This document shows, piece by piece, positions 7,562 to 19,300 of a DNA stretch of 64,000 bases. The notes under the pieces were generated by a model. The model did not search any database. It was not told the DNA's origin and saw only the letters and a program-made list of their open reading frames with translations. Source of the stretch: an uncultured virus (IMG/VR IMGVR_UViG_3300044675_006217) (taxonomy: Duplodnaviria; Heunggongvirae; Uroviricota; Caudoviricetes); IMG/VR virus record IMGVR_UViG_3300044675_006217; one strand, written 5' to 3'. The translations under genes and the position numbers were made by a program. Each line of letters starts with the position of its first letter. Position 1 is the stretch's first letter.

Positions 7562-9571
7562 ATGATGTTTTTAGGTTATTCTGACCCTTTTGCTGGCACT
7601 GGTAGTGGCGGTCCTACCTATACAGATGTACAAGTTTCCAACTTTTCAGACCAATTAAATAAGGCGTTTAATTCTGCATTTGACCAAACAAGGGTTGAAA
7701 ATTTCTTTTTAACGTTAGAATCCAAAGCAACAAAACTAAATACAACTTTAGGTCAAGGACTTAGAAAGGGCGTTGTTGAATTTCAAGAAGAAATTTATAA
7801 AGTTTATGAAGAAGGTATACAATATGGTATTGCATTTGAAGATGCGGGAAAATTTCTAGAAGGAGTACAATCAAGTATGGGTAGGATGATTCCTACAAGT
7901 GCTGAAATGACAAAAAACGCATTAGTTTTTGGAAAAGCAATCGGAGAAACTCCTGAGAATGTCGCTAAACTTATTGGAGGAATGACTCAATATGGTATTA
8001 CACAAAGTAAATCCATTGCGATAATGAATAAAGTTGCTGCAACCGCAAAGGCGTCAGGTGTTGATGCAAAGGTACTAACCAAAACAGTGTCTGATAATAT
8101 CCAAAAGGCTCAAATATACGGTTTTAAAAATGGTGTCGAAGGTTTAACAAAAATGGCCGCTCAAGCACAACGTGTAGGTTTAAGTTTAGATAAAGCACAA
8201 ACAACAGCAAACCTAATCTTGAATGGTGGTCCCGAAAAGGCCGTGGAAATGGCTTCTCAATTACAAGCATTAGGTGGTAATATTGGTGCATTAGGTGACC
8301 CCTTTCAATTAATACACATGTCAATGTATGATATGGAAGGACTTCAAGACCAAATTATTAAAGCCTCATCAGCTGCTGTTGATTTTAATGAAACTACAGG
8401 TGAATTTAAAATTGGTGGTGAGGAAATGTTGAGATTAAGACAACAAGCCGATATTTTAGGTCTATCTTATGAAGACGTTGCTAAAGGGGCAATCAATGCC
8501 AGAAAAGAACAAGAAATTATGTCCAAAGGGATTGATTTTAAAGGTTTAACTGAGGAACAAAGAGGGTTAGTTTCAAGTTTGGCAGAAATTGGACCTGGAG
8601 GTAAAGTATCTATAGATTTACCAGGTTTTGATGAAGCAGGAAAAGACTTGGCAACACTTATGAATGATAATACTTTCATAGATGCATTGAATCAGTACAA
8701 CAAAGATTTAGGTAAGAGCGAACAAGATTTACAAACAGAAATGTTACAAAATGCTAAAAATCAACTAAGTGTACAAGATAAACAATTGGCAACATTAATT
8801 ACAATTCAAAACCAAGGTATTTTTGGTCAAGGTTTAGATGTTGGGAAAACAATACTTAAAGCCGGAGAAGATAAAACATTATATGGTGCGGCTGAAACAT
8901 CTCTTAATGGTTTAATCAGAGAGTTCAAAAATTCGTTTGATAATGCAAATTCCTCAATTAAAACCGCATACGAATTTCAATTGGCTACTTTTACAACTTT
9001 TATAGCAACTCTTAAAGCTCTTGTTGATACAACTGTTGCCTCTATACAAGTAACACTTGGGGGTATAACACCACCTTCACCAAACCCAACAGTAAAAGTT
9101 TCAGATGCATTTGTACCTGCAGGTGGAGGAAAAATGGTTACGGGTTCTTTTGGTAAATTTTTGGGAGACACTAAAGATGATATGTTACTTTCTCCTGGAA
9201 TTGGAGATTTTTTTAACAAATATAATGAATCTGAAAATATTTTAAAATCAATTGGAGGTCCCAAATCGGGAGGAGATTTATCTTTATTATATAAAAACGC
9301 TACCGCTCAACCATCACAAAATTTGGTTGACTTATTAACAAAGTCTTCTTCATTTTCACCAACTAATACAGAAACAACTCAAAAAGTAGAAATTGGAGGT
9401 AAAACTGAAGTTACTTTGAACATTAACACAAATATACCACAAAATCTAATAAACGAAGTTTTAAATACGTCACAATTAAAAGAAACAATTATGTCCACAG
9501 TCAATACTAGATTAAGTGCTGAATATTCAGATAAATTATCAAATGCATTTATTACTCAAAAAAGAGGATAA
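7562..9571 (+). CDS. Tape measure protein
   Basis: 669 aa, helical and Ala/Gln/Gly-rich (GLTKMAAQAQRVG, AVEMASQLQALGG); follows the chaperone pair. Confidence 0.75.
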   Translation: MMFLGYSDPFAGTGSGGPTYTDVQVSNFSDQLNKAFNSAFDQTRVENFFLTLESKATKLNTTLGQGLRKGVVEFQEEIYKVYEEGIQYGIAFEDAGKFLEGVQSSMGRMIPTSAEMTKNALVFGKAIGETPENVAKLIGGMTQYGITQSKSIAIMNKVAATAKASGVDAKVLTKTVSDNIQKAQIYGFKNGVEGLTKMAAQAQRVGLSLDKAQTTANLILNGGPEKAVEMASQLQALGGNIGALGDPFQLIHMSMYDMEGLQDQIIKASSAAVDFNETTGEFKIGGEEMLRLRQQADILGLSYEDVAKGAINARKEQEIMSKGIDFKGLTEEQRGLVSSLAEIGPGGKVSIDLPGFDEAGKDLATLMNDNTFIDALNQYNKDLGKSEQDLQTEMLQNAKNQLSVQDKQLATLITIQNQGIFGQGLDVGKTILKAGEDKTLYGAAETSLNGLIREFKNSFDNANSSIKTAYEFQLATFTTFIATLKALVDTTVASIQVTLGGITPPSPNPTVKVSDAFVPAGGGKMVTGSFGKFLGDTKDDMLLSPGIGDFFNKYNESENILKSIGGPKSGGDLSLLYKNATAQPSQNLVDLLTKSSSFSPTNTETTQKVEIGGKTEVTLNINTNIPQNLINEVLNTSQLKETIMSTVNTRLSAEYSDKLSNAFITQKRG

Positions 9572-9608
9572 AAATTAAACAATGTCTATTTATAAAATAA
9601 ACAAATAA

Positions 9609-12600
9609 ATGGATAGTCCACTTTCATTTAACTCTTCTGAAAACTTTAGAAAAAGATTATTAACACGAAATCTTAAACCATATCGTGTTGACGGCACATC
9701 TTTTGGAGAATCTTTTCAAAATAAAGAATTTCAAATTGTAGATTATTCAGTAAAAGACTCTGAAGAAATTTCTAAAATTGGTGACATACAGGAAAAAGAT
9801 TTATATAAACAAAATAAATATGGCCCTGATAATAGTAACTCCACCTACGGAGATATGGTCAATATTAACGTTAATCTTAATGTTGAAACTAATTTTGGTT
9901 TATATGGTTTTAAAAACTCCATTAACTCTAAATTAGAAAAAATTGGAGACGGACAAGAAAAATTATTGTATGTTAATAACATTTACGGGCCAACAGAATT
10001 TGAAACATCATATGGTAATACCATAGAAATTAACAAAAATTTACAAACAGAAACAAATAAAGGTAAATATGGTTACCCTTTAACTGTTGGAAGTGATTTA
10101 GAAAAAATTGGTGATACAAAAGAAAAAGAATTAATTGTAACAAACCTTTATAAACCACTTAACACAAATGACCGTGGTTTTGGTGATACTGTATGGTACA
10201 TTAATAATAATCAAACAATTCAATCAAGAGGAGAGGGTGAATATAGTATTTCGGATACAATAAATAGTTTTTTAGATAGTATAGGAAACCAACAAGAAAT
10301 TTTATCTAAAGTAAGAAATGCGTATAAAAATTCTGCAATTAATGGTTTTGGTACGCCTGTTTATTCAATTAATGATTTAAAACCTTTTGTAACAAATGGA
10401 CAAGGTGAATATACTATCGCCGATACAATCAACAGTTTTTTAAATTCTATTGGTAATCAACAAGAAATTGCGTTAAAAGTATTAAACGTTTATAAAAATA
10501 CTAGTAATAATGGTTTTGGAACACCTGTTTATAGTATTCAAAATAACCAAGTTATTCAAACTGTAGGTGCGGGAGAGTACAATATTTCTGATACTGTAAA
10601 CAATAGATTAGAAACAAACGGTAATGATAGGGAAGTTATTTTAAGAGTTTTAAATAAATATACACCTGACGCATCCACTCCAGGGTACGGAGCAACAAAA
10701 TATTCAATTAATAACATATTATCTTTAGGTTCAAATGAAGGTGAATATGGTTTCCCTGATACAATAAATAGCGAATTAGAACAAGATGGTGAACAAAATA
10801 GAAATACCTTATACCCATTAAACCAATATGGTCCTGGTGGTGGTTTTTTAGATACTGTATTCCCATTTATTAATAAGCAAACAAAGGCTAACGAAAAAGA
10901 ATATGACTTTACAGACACAATTAATAGTGAGTTAGAAATTAAAGGTGAAACCGATAGACCCATATTATTTGCTATAAATCAATATGGACCTGAACAAGGA
11001 CAATCTCAATCTACTGTAGTTCCAAATTTAAATTTACAAACAAACGCCAACGAAGGTAATTATGGTTTTCCTGATACACTAGACAGTGAATTAGAAATTA
11101 AAGGTGAAAATGAAAGACCTTTATTATTTAGTGTAAATCAATATAACCCTGAAAATCAACCAACAGATTCAGTAGACATCAATGTAAATTTGGGTAAATT
11201 GTCAAATGAAGGTGAATATGGTTTTCCCGATACTAAAGGTAGTGGATTAGAAGTTATTGGATTTCAAAAAGAACAAGAGGCATATGTTAGAAATAAATAT
11301 GTAACAGGTGATGGAGACTATGATGTAATAACAATTGATGAAATTATACCAACAAGTTATGGAAGTGCATATGCATATTCATTAACACCTTTAAATTTTA
11401 TACCTTCAACCTATAGACCTATTAATATATTATTAAGCGACAACCCAAGAGGTTCTGATGGTACTTTGTCACAGGATTCCGCATTAGCGGGAATTGGTGC
11501 AAGACAATTAAAAAAAGAATATAAGTATAGAATTGCAAGTGAGTTGTTGTCTCAAACTTTAGGTAGAGTTAATGCTCTTGACTCATCGGTTGACCCCGAT
11601 AGTGGTGAAATATCAGTAAAACCAAACCTTAACCCATTTGACGCAGCGGGAATAATATCAGGAAATATTCCGTTATTAGCTAGAAATTATACAATTACAT
11701 CACCTGAATCATTAGTTGGAAGAGCGTTGAATTTTACAGCTAAAATAGCAGGATTATATTCACCGTATTCCATTATAGTTGGAGAATATTTTGACTACCC
11801 AAATAAACGTATGTTAAATAGACTTGTTGAAAACCCAGTTGAAGTTGTGACAAGTACTGTTATGGGAGCAATTAGAACAATAACAGGTCAAAAAAACAAA
11901 AGAGGGTCTGAACTTTTTTTAGCCAACACATCTAACGCAACAAGAAGTCTATTGTTTGGGCAATTGTTTTATAATTTATATAGACCTGATTATAGAGGTC
12001 TAACTTTAAGAAGACCTTCTTTATTTGCCCCATCCCCTGAATTTTATGGTGGTGGTAATTCTGATGATATATTTTCTACTTTAATATCTCCAGTTAATGC
12101 TCAACCCCTAGACAGGAACGGAGAACCTAGTGGTGCACCTGTTTACTCAGTGGGTGAAATAGGAAAGTATTTTGAAGGTGAAGCGTTTCAAAATTATAAA
12201 TTTGGTCTCAACACTAGAAATTATATAGATGGTACAACACCTTTAGCTGGTGGATTCACATGGTCTTCTAAAAAATCATATTTTAAAACAGGACAATTAG
12301 CAGGTCCTGAAGGAAAACAAAGATTTGGTGAAAGTAGCGTATTTACAAAAAATTATGAGTCAGCGTTCAAAGATACTGAGTCTTGGAAAATAGAAGAAAA
12401 CAATGTATGGAGAGACGGTTCAATTTTAGACACAACTCAAAAAATTGTTGATTCTGCAGACAGGTCAGGAATTAAAAAATTAGAACACGTTGGTACTGCG
12501 ATAAATCAAATATCTAAAGTTTTTAATGATGGATATGTTGAAATGACAAAAGGTTCTCGAGTTATTAGATATACTTCAAAAAACTCAGTAGGTAGTACAG

Positions 12601-15600
12601 ACAGTACAATAAAAGGATATGAATATTGTAGATTATTTACAAAAGATGTTCCTTTTACAAATTATTCACAACTACAAAAAACGGATGGTAATATTAGAAA
12701 TTATACCTATTCAGTTTTAGATAATACATATAACCTTAATATTGTACCATTCAATGATAAAAACGGACAATCGTCAAATATTATTAATGGTCAGGTTAAA
12801 AAATATATGCTTTCGTTAGAAAATTTGGCTTGGAGAACATCAAACAAACCTGGTTTTACCGTACAAGATTTACCGGCTTGTGAAAGAGGACCCAATGGTG
12901 GTAGAATTATGTGGTTTCCTCCATATAACTTGACATTTAGTGAAGACACAAGACCCGACTTCAGTAATACAAATTTCATAGGTAGACCAGAACCCATATA
13001 CACATATAATAGTACTGAAAGAAATGGGTCATTATCTTTTGACATTATAGTTGACCATCCCTCTATCTCAAACATTTTAGTGGACCAAGAGTTGAAAGAT
13101 ATAAAACCTGAGTCAGAATTGAAAAAAGTTATGGATTCATTTTTTGCAGGGTGTTTAAAATATGACATTTATACATTAGGTCAAAGATTCGCATCTTTAG
13201 CCCCACAGGATATTCAAACCGCTATTCAACTAATAAAATATCCTGAACAAGCAACAACCATAGTAAAAGAAACACCTGACCCCGAACCTGTAAAAGAAGA
13301 AATTGTAAAAACAACACCACCAGAAACTGAAACAAAAATTTCAGACCCAAAGTTTCAAGAAATATTTTTGTTTTTTGAAAACGCCCAACCTAACGATTCA
13401 AGTAGTTCAACAACAAGTAAAGATTTTGAATATTGGTATAATGAATATGTGTCAAATAAAACATTATATGACACAACAAAACCACTTAATAAAGTTTTTA
13501 AATATAGTGACGCAAATAAAGTGGCTCTTAACACAACAACAACTCCTACTTTTTCATTAACCGAATATGTTGACACAAGAAAACAAACCCTTAGTGGATT
13601 TTTTGATAATATATTACAAGAGTTTAATGATTTAAAAGAGTTTTTAAGTGAAGTATTTAAAGTTTTAGACTCAGGTGGAGAAGTCACTTTTGACTTATTG
13701 GCAACTGCCAGCTCAACAAATACCAGTGGTAATCAAAATTTGTCTGAAAGAAGAAACGATGCGGTTTTAAAGTTTATTGAAAAGTTTACAGTAAATAATA
13801 AAACTTTAAAATCATTTATAGATTCAGGAAAACTAAAAATAAATGCTAAAGCGACGGGCTCAAGTGCTGCAATTCAAGACCCTAAATATTCACAAATTGA
13901 TTGTACCAAACCATTTAAATCACAATACGAAGAAGGAATTTATTCTGTACAGGCAATGGCATGTAGAAGAGTAAAAATTGAAAAAATTGTATATAAACCA
14001 GGACCACCCGCAAAATCAGAAACACCACCTTCACAAGTAGAGTCTGCTGCTCCAAATCCTACCGCTGCTGAAAGTACAGCACCGAAACCAACACCACAAA
14101 ACCAAGTAATTGACAACTTTAAACAAACACCACAATATAAAGATTTGGCGAAAAAAATATTAAGAAGGTTACTTACAGAGTGTAATTATTTTCAAATGGT
14201 TAAAGAGACAAATCCATTTATTTATGACACAATTAGAAGTAAGTTTCAGTATTTTAATCCTGTTTTCCACTCTATTACTCCTGAAGGTCTAAACTCAAGA
14301 TTAACATTTTTACAACAATGTGTAAGACCAGGAGATACAATTCCAACTGTTTCACAAAATGCGGCAGGAACATATAGTTTAGATTATAACGACGCCTTTA
14401 ACAGTGCATTTGGTGCACCACCTGTTTTGGTATTAAGGATTGGTGATTTTTTCCACACTAAAATAATACCTGATAGGTTAGATATAAAATATGAACTTAA
14501 TTCAAATATACCGTTAGATTTGAATCCTGAAGGAATAGGCGTTCAACCTATGTTTGCAAGCATAACATTAGGATTTAAAATGATAGGTGGTCATGGATTG
14601 GCGGGTCCGATAGCCGAACTTCAAAACGCCCTTTCATTTAATTATTATGCAAATACTGAAATGTATGATGAAAGGGCGACAATAACCGAAGATGTAACAT
14701 CACAGTATGATGCAGAATATTTTGAAGCTTTGAAAATAAACCCATTGACAAGACCACAGCAAAACCAACAAAATAAAATTGGAACTACAATTGGAAAACA
14801 AGAATCATCTAAATATGATACAACATTAAGTGGATTTACAGGTGTTTTATCATATAAAGAAAATATGAAAAATTTTATAGACATAACCAAAGAATATGCA
14901 AATAGTGTTTTTCAAAATTTAAAAAATATAAATGATAAGTTATTGATTGGAGGAATTTTAATTTTTACAAAAGATAGAAAATACCAAACGGGATATTTTA
15001 ATAACATCAATCAACCACAAACTAACTTAGTAAAAATATTTGGAAAAAGTCAGTATGAAAATAAAGTTGATGCGTTGTTTTCTAAAGCAAAAGAAGATGT
15101 AGAAAATGAAACAAGCCCGATATTGGCTAGTTTACCTCTACAGAATTTTACAAATATATCGACAAGAAAAATTAAAAGAAAACTTAAAGATATGATAGAT
15201 AGTCGACAGTCAACTTACCTGTCTATTATAACTGAGGCGTCTAACAACATTGTAAAAAATCAAGTTGATGAAACTAAAACAATTGATTTATTAGACCAAT
15301 TAAATTATGTGTGTAATTCTTTCGATGGTTATTCTAACGATAAAAATGAAGTAATTGTTTTTTCTTTGACAGGTACTTCTGCGGTTGACCCATCTAATAC
15401 GACATACGCAAATACTTTGGATGAGTTAAAAGGAGACTTATTAATTGTTGGAACCAAAATGAGCACATTTAATAACAACTTAGAAACATATAGTCTGATT
15501 CCAACCGCTCAAGATGAAGTATATAACGATGAGTTTGATTTCAATACCTTTATAGATTCGGACCCAGATGCGATAAGTCCTGAAGAAAATAGATTTTTTA

Positions 15601-15998
15601 TGATATTCGGTAAAGAAATTATTGATGACTATACCAAATTTTTAAATGAAGTCGTCGATACAATTTCAAACAATGAAAGAAAAACCGACTGGTTTAATTA
15701 TCTTAAAGGTAATTTAGGTTTTACAAATACGGGACAAGAAATACCAACAGGACCTTACGCAAAATATAAAGATTCAAAAGCTTTTGTTGATGCAAGATTT
15801 AAAAGTTTCGAAGATAATTTTTTAAGTAAAGAATTTTGTTCAACATGTAGTTATAATTTAAATAAAGATAAGGAAAGAAAACTAAATTTTTCTCAAGTAT
15901 TATTTCCAGCACAAACAGAAATTGACAACATGAAAGCCCTAAACGCATCAACTAATTCTACAGGTGATGAATATAACTTAAAAGTTTCATTCGACTAA
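9609..15998 (+). CDS. Giant baseplate protein: N-terminal repeats, tube-initiator (gp48/gp54-like) fold, OmpA-like insert
   Basis: 2129 aa; WFPPYNLTFSE...IGRPEPIYTY...RNGSLSFDIIVDHP and PPVLVLRIGDFFHTKII; OmpA-like NQNLSERRNDAV...RRVKI. Confidence 0.6.
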   Translation: MDSPLSFNSSENFRKRLLTRNLKPYRVDGTSFGESFQNKEFQIVDYSVKDSEEISKIGDIQEKDLYKQNKYGPDNSNSTYGDMVNINVNLNVETNFGLYGFKNSINSKLEKIGDGQEKLLYVNNIYGPTEFETSYGNTIEINKNLQTETNKGKYGYPLTVGSDLEKIGDTKEKELIVTNLYKPLNTNDRGFGDTVWYINNNQTIQSRGEGEYSISDTINSFLDSIGNQQEILSKVRNAYKNSAINGFGTPVYSINDLKPFVTNGQGEYTIADTINSFLNSIGNQQEIALKVLNVYKNTSNNGFGTPVYSIQNNQVIQTVGAGEYNISDTVNNRLETNGNDREVILRVLNKYTPDASTPGYGATKYSINNILSLGSNEGEYGFPDTINSELEQDGEQNRNTLYPLNQYGPGGGFLDTVFPFINKQTKANEKEYDFTDTINSELEIKGETDRPILFAINQYGPEQGQSQSTVVPNLNLQTNANEGNYGFPDTLDSELEIKGENERPLLFSVNQYNPENQPTDSVDINVNLGKLSNEGEYGFPDTKGSGLEVIGFQKEQEAYVRNKYVTGDGDYDVITIDEIIPTSYGSAYAYSLTPLNFIPSTYRPINILLSDNPRGSDGTLSQDSALAGIGARQLKKEYKYRIASELLSQTLGRVNALDSSVDPDSGEISVKPNLNPFDAAGIISGNIPLLARNYTITSPESLVGRALNFTAKIAGLYSPYSIIVGEYFDYPNKRMLNRLVENPVEVVTSTVMGAIRTITGQKNKRGSELFLANTSNATRSLLFGQLFYNLYRPDYRGLTLRRPSLFAPSPEFYGGGNSDDIFSTLISPVNAQPLDRNGEPSGAPVYSVGEIGKYFEGEAFQNYKFGLNTRNYIDGTTPLAGGFTWSSKKSYFKTGQLAGPEGKQRFGESSVFTKNYESAFKDTESWKIEENNVWRDGSILDTTQKIVDSADRSGIKKLEHVGTAINQISKVFNDGYVEMTKGSRVIRYTSKNSVGSTDSTIKGYEYCRLFTKDVPFTNYSQLQKTDGNIRNYTYSVLDNTYNLNIVPFNDKNGQSSNIINGQVKKYMLSLENLAWRTSNKPGFTVQDLPACERGPNGGRIMWFPPYNLTFSEDTRPDFSNTNFIGRPEPIYTYNSTERNGSLSFDIIVDHPSISNILVDQELKDIKPESELKKVMDSFFAGCLKYDIYTLGQRFASLAPQDIQTAIQLIKYPEQATTIVKETPDPEPVKEEIVKTTPPETETKISDPKFQEIFLFFENAQPNDSSSSTTSKDFEYWYNEYVSNKTLYDTTKPLNKVFKYSDANKVALNTTTTPTFSLTEYVDTRKQTLSGFFDNILQEFNDLKEFLSEVFKVLDSGGEVTFDLLATASSTNTSGNQNLSERRNDAVLKFIEKFTVNNKTLKSFIDSGKLKINAKATGSSAAIQDPKYSQIDCTKPFKSQYEEGIYSVQAMACRRVKIEKIVYKPGPPAKSETPPSQVESAAPNPTAAESTAPKPTPQNQVIDNFKQTPQYKDLAKKILRRLLTECNYFQMVKETNPFIYDTIRSKFQYFNPVFHSITPEGLNSRLTFLQQCVRPGDTIPTVSQNAAGTYSLDYNDAFNSAFGAPPVLVLRIGDFFHTKIIPDRLDIKYELNSNIPLDLNPEGIGVQPMFASITLGFKMIGGHGLAGPIAELQNALSFNYYANTEMYDERATITEDVTSQYDAEYFEALKINPLTRPQQNQQNKIGTTIGKQESSKYDTTLSGFTGVLSYKENMKNFIDITKEYANSVFQNLKNINDKLLIGGILIFTKDRKYQTGYFNNINQPQTNLVKIFGKSQYENKVDALFSKAKEDVENETSPILASLPLQNFTNISTRKIKRKLKDMIDSRQSTYLSIITEASNNIVKNQVDETKTIDLLDQLNYVCNSFDGYSNDKNEVIVFSLTGTSAVDPSNTTYANTLDELKGDLLIVGTKMSTFNNNLETYSLIPTAQDEVYNDEFDFNTFIDSDPDAISPEENRFFMIFGKEIIDDYTKFLNEVVDTISNNERKTDWFNYLKGNLGFTNTGQEIPTGPYAKYKDSKAFVDARFKSFEDNFLSKEFCSTCSYNLNKDKERKLNFSQVLFPAQTEIDNMKALNASTNSTGDEYNLKVSFD
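9740..11305 (+). repeat. About 10 degenerate ~55-aa protein repeats
   Basis: Recurring NEGEYG(F)PDTINSxLExxG...NxY(G)P unit; boundaries approximate. Confidence 0.8.
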
Positions 15999-15999
15999 T

Positions 16000-16317
16000 A
16001 TGCAATACTACAACAGATACCAAAATTTTTTAATTAACGGTCAACAGACGGTAGTTCCATTTGTTAATCTACCCGTCAGAGCGTCAGACCAAAGATACAT
16101 TTACACAAAAAATAAAAGTAGATTAGATAAAATAAGTTATGAAAAATATGGAACACCATATTTTGGTTGGTTAATATTAACTGCAAATCCAATATATGGT
16201 GGTTTAGAAACAAATATTCCTGACGGTGCGGTATTAATAATACCATTCCCATTAATAAGTGCTCTACAAGGCTACAAAAGTGCATTAGATACACATATTT
16301 TTTATTATGGCCGTTAA
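16000..16317 (+). CDS. LysM-like baseplate wedge protein (gp53 / P2 gpX-like)
   Basis: RLDKISYEKYGTPYFGWLILTANP...IPDGAVLIIP. Confidence 0.75.
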   Translation: MQYYNRYQNFLINGQQTVVPFVNLPVRASDQRYIYTKNKSRLDKISYEKYGTPYFGWLILTANPIYGGLETNIPDGAVLIIPFPLISALQGYKSALDTHIFYYGR

Positions 16318-19300
16318 TGACCCAACAAAATTCAGACAGATATATAACAAAGAAAATAAAATTCTAGTCGAAGCCGACTACGATAATATTATTTTAATTG
16401 ACCCTAACAAAGTTGTTGATGCAGACAACAACGTTAAAGATAGATACGTTCAACAAGAAAATCTTGTTTTTTACGCAAATTTAGAAACACAAATTATACC
16501 AAGAACAAAATTAGCAATTGGTGATAGTTTTGATAATCCTGTTTATAATTCACAAATTGCATCCTTATCTACTTTCCCTGAAGATTTGAAACTTAATTTT
16601 TTAAGACCCAAAGGTAAAAAAGCATTTGATACAAGTTGGTCGGATGAATTTACAGGTAGAGGCGTTAGACAAGGTCAAGGAATTAATCAAAACTCCGAAT
16701 ATCAAATTAATCAAGATGGAAATGCTGTTTTTAAACAAAAAGTTTTAAACTATGAAGATACTCAAACTTTAGGTATTACAGAAATAACTGTTGACGTAAC
16801 ACCAGCTAATGTGACAAATGTAACAATACAAATGGAAGACATTAGAGGTCGAGCTTTATTTGAACAAGGAGATAATTCATTATATTCTGTTTTTTTTAAC
16901 TTACCATATCCTCCGTTTTTTTTAACCTTAAAAGGATATTATGGGAAGGCAATTAGGTACCAATTAAGTTTAACGGATTTCAATGCGAGTTTCGAAGCGT
17001 CAAGTGGTAATTTTAAAATTACTCTTAAACTTTTAAGTAGAAACAGTGCGATACTTGCTGATAGTATAATAGGATATGCTAGAAACTCACCAAAAATGTT
17101 TCAAACAGAAACTGTGGTTACTCAAAGTACTTCAAACTCTTCAAATAATGGTGTAAATACAAACAACTCAACCACCGTTGTTGAATCAGTAGGGTTACAA
17201 AAAATGAGAGAAGCTTATTCTATTTATAAAAGTAAGGGATTAATTACTCCAGATTTTCCTGAAATAACTTTAGAGGAATTTATTGCCCGAATAGAAAACC
17301 TACCTACAGCATTAGCGGACGCATTAAAAAAGGCAGATTTTACAGTAATGAATGATGTTGCTGATTTTCAGACAAACTTAAATAAATTAAGAAACGAAGT
17401 CTACGCCAATTCAATAACTGACTTTTTAGATACATCAGAAAAATTATACAAAGGACAAATTTATTACCCATATTTAGAAAACATTTCATTTGCAGATAGA
17501 GCAAAATATAAACAACGTGTTGAAACTGCAATAAACAACTATGTTACTTTATTAAAAAATAACAAAAGTTTTGGAACGGGAGGACAGTATAAATTACCTG
17601 ATAAGGGAAATATACCTGGTGAAATACCGATTAAATTTTCAATTAATGATATTTTTGAAGAGATAGATTATAACACATTAACCGACGCGGATTTTAGAGA
17701 AACATATGTTGTTAATTTTGGAACTAATCCAACAGACAATCAGTTAAATAAATCTATTGCCGACTTTAAAAGTCTTAATCCAAATTTTTTACTTGACACA
17801 TTAACCAACACTGTGGTTAATGATTTTCCCCAATATTACAAATTTGGTGATAAAGTTGGAAGTTCCAACAATTATATTGCAAATAGTTTTTTAGATAAGA
17901 TTCAAAAAATTAATGATGAGTTAAATAAAAAAAATGTAGAAATAGAAAAATCTCTCACTCAGTTTTTAAGTGACCAAGTAGTAAACGGACCAAATGTTTT
18001 AGGATTTTTACCTACTATAAGAAACGTTATGGCAGTTTTATTTGCCGGATTAGATGGGTTTTATAGACTTATGGAAGACACCCACACAAGCGCATGGAAT
18101 CAAAGAACAAACCCAATAAGGTTAGAATCAATTATACCGGCATCAAAAAATTTTGGAGTAGATTCTAAAAATTTGGTAAACGGTACAAATCAACTTAACG
18201 ATTTAAATGTTGTTTATCCTTGGCCACAATATTTTTTAAAAGAAGCCCAAAAAGATGGTTCAGAGTTATACGTTATAAAATACCCTGGTGACAGTTCAGT
18301 TATAAACACCACAAAAGGATTCGATAGTGTTGTATGGCCCGAAGTTGCGTTTACTGAGGAATACATTAATGCAATAGCACAAAAAACAACACCAAAATCT
18401 GCAAATGTATATAATAATCCCGCATCGTTAAGTAAAGTTTTATCTATAAATGCAGTAGAATTTCCATTCAAAACAACACCATACGTTAATACTCAAGAAC
18501 AAAGTTATTTATATGAAATTTTTGAAAGAAGTTATTTAGGTGCGTATTATGCTAAATTAAATAGAAATGGATATAACCAAGAACAAATACCTGTTTTCTT
18601 GGGAAATTTAGAGGCTGAAAATATAAAACAAACAGTACAAAGTAATTTGGCACTCACTAAAATTTTAAAAGAATTTTCATTCACCTACGTCAATTTTTTA
18701 CAAACATTAAGAAAAATTTCAAATAATGGTACTGGTACAAGATGGACACTTTATTCTGACTCAGTTTTTACCACAGAGTACATAAAAAATTTATTAGAAT
18801 TAAATGATGGAACACAAAACGTTGATGTTTATAATGAGGTTTATAGTATTGACACATTATCTAATTCATCAATTGCCATAGACGGGAATGTACCATTACC
18901 TGACTCAATTAAAAATTTTATAAACGGTATGCCAGCCACCGACACTTATTTTTTAGACAACTACCCAATAACAAATGTTAATTGGTTAAAGTCAAATTTA
19001 CAAGGAGGTGATAGTATTTCATCAATAAACGATTTTAATAAAACATCAAGTTATGTTTATTTAGATGAGAAAAAAACAATAGCGAGGGTAAACGAAACAG
19101 AAAACACTAAAAATATCAATGTTTTTGTTTCTAAGTATGAGTTTAAAAATTTTACACAACCTTTCATGACAAACTTGAATACAAGTGTACCAGTAAACTC
19201 ACAAACTTCTTTGAGTAATTTTTATTCAACAAGAAAAGAAAAAGACTTATATTTTACCGAAAGTATTTTTGATTATGGGAATGAATATAGTGGTCAAGTA

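Noticed and set aside
9740..11305. Regularly spaced repeats as a CRISPR array or DGR template
   Set aside because: The repeats are in-frame, degenerate at synonymous positions, and lack constant repeats with unique spacers; no reverse transcriptase is present.
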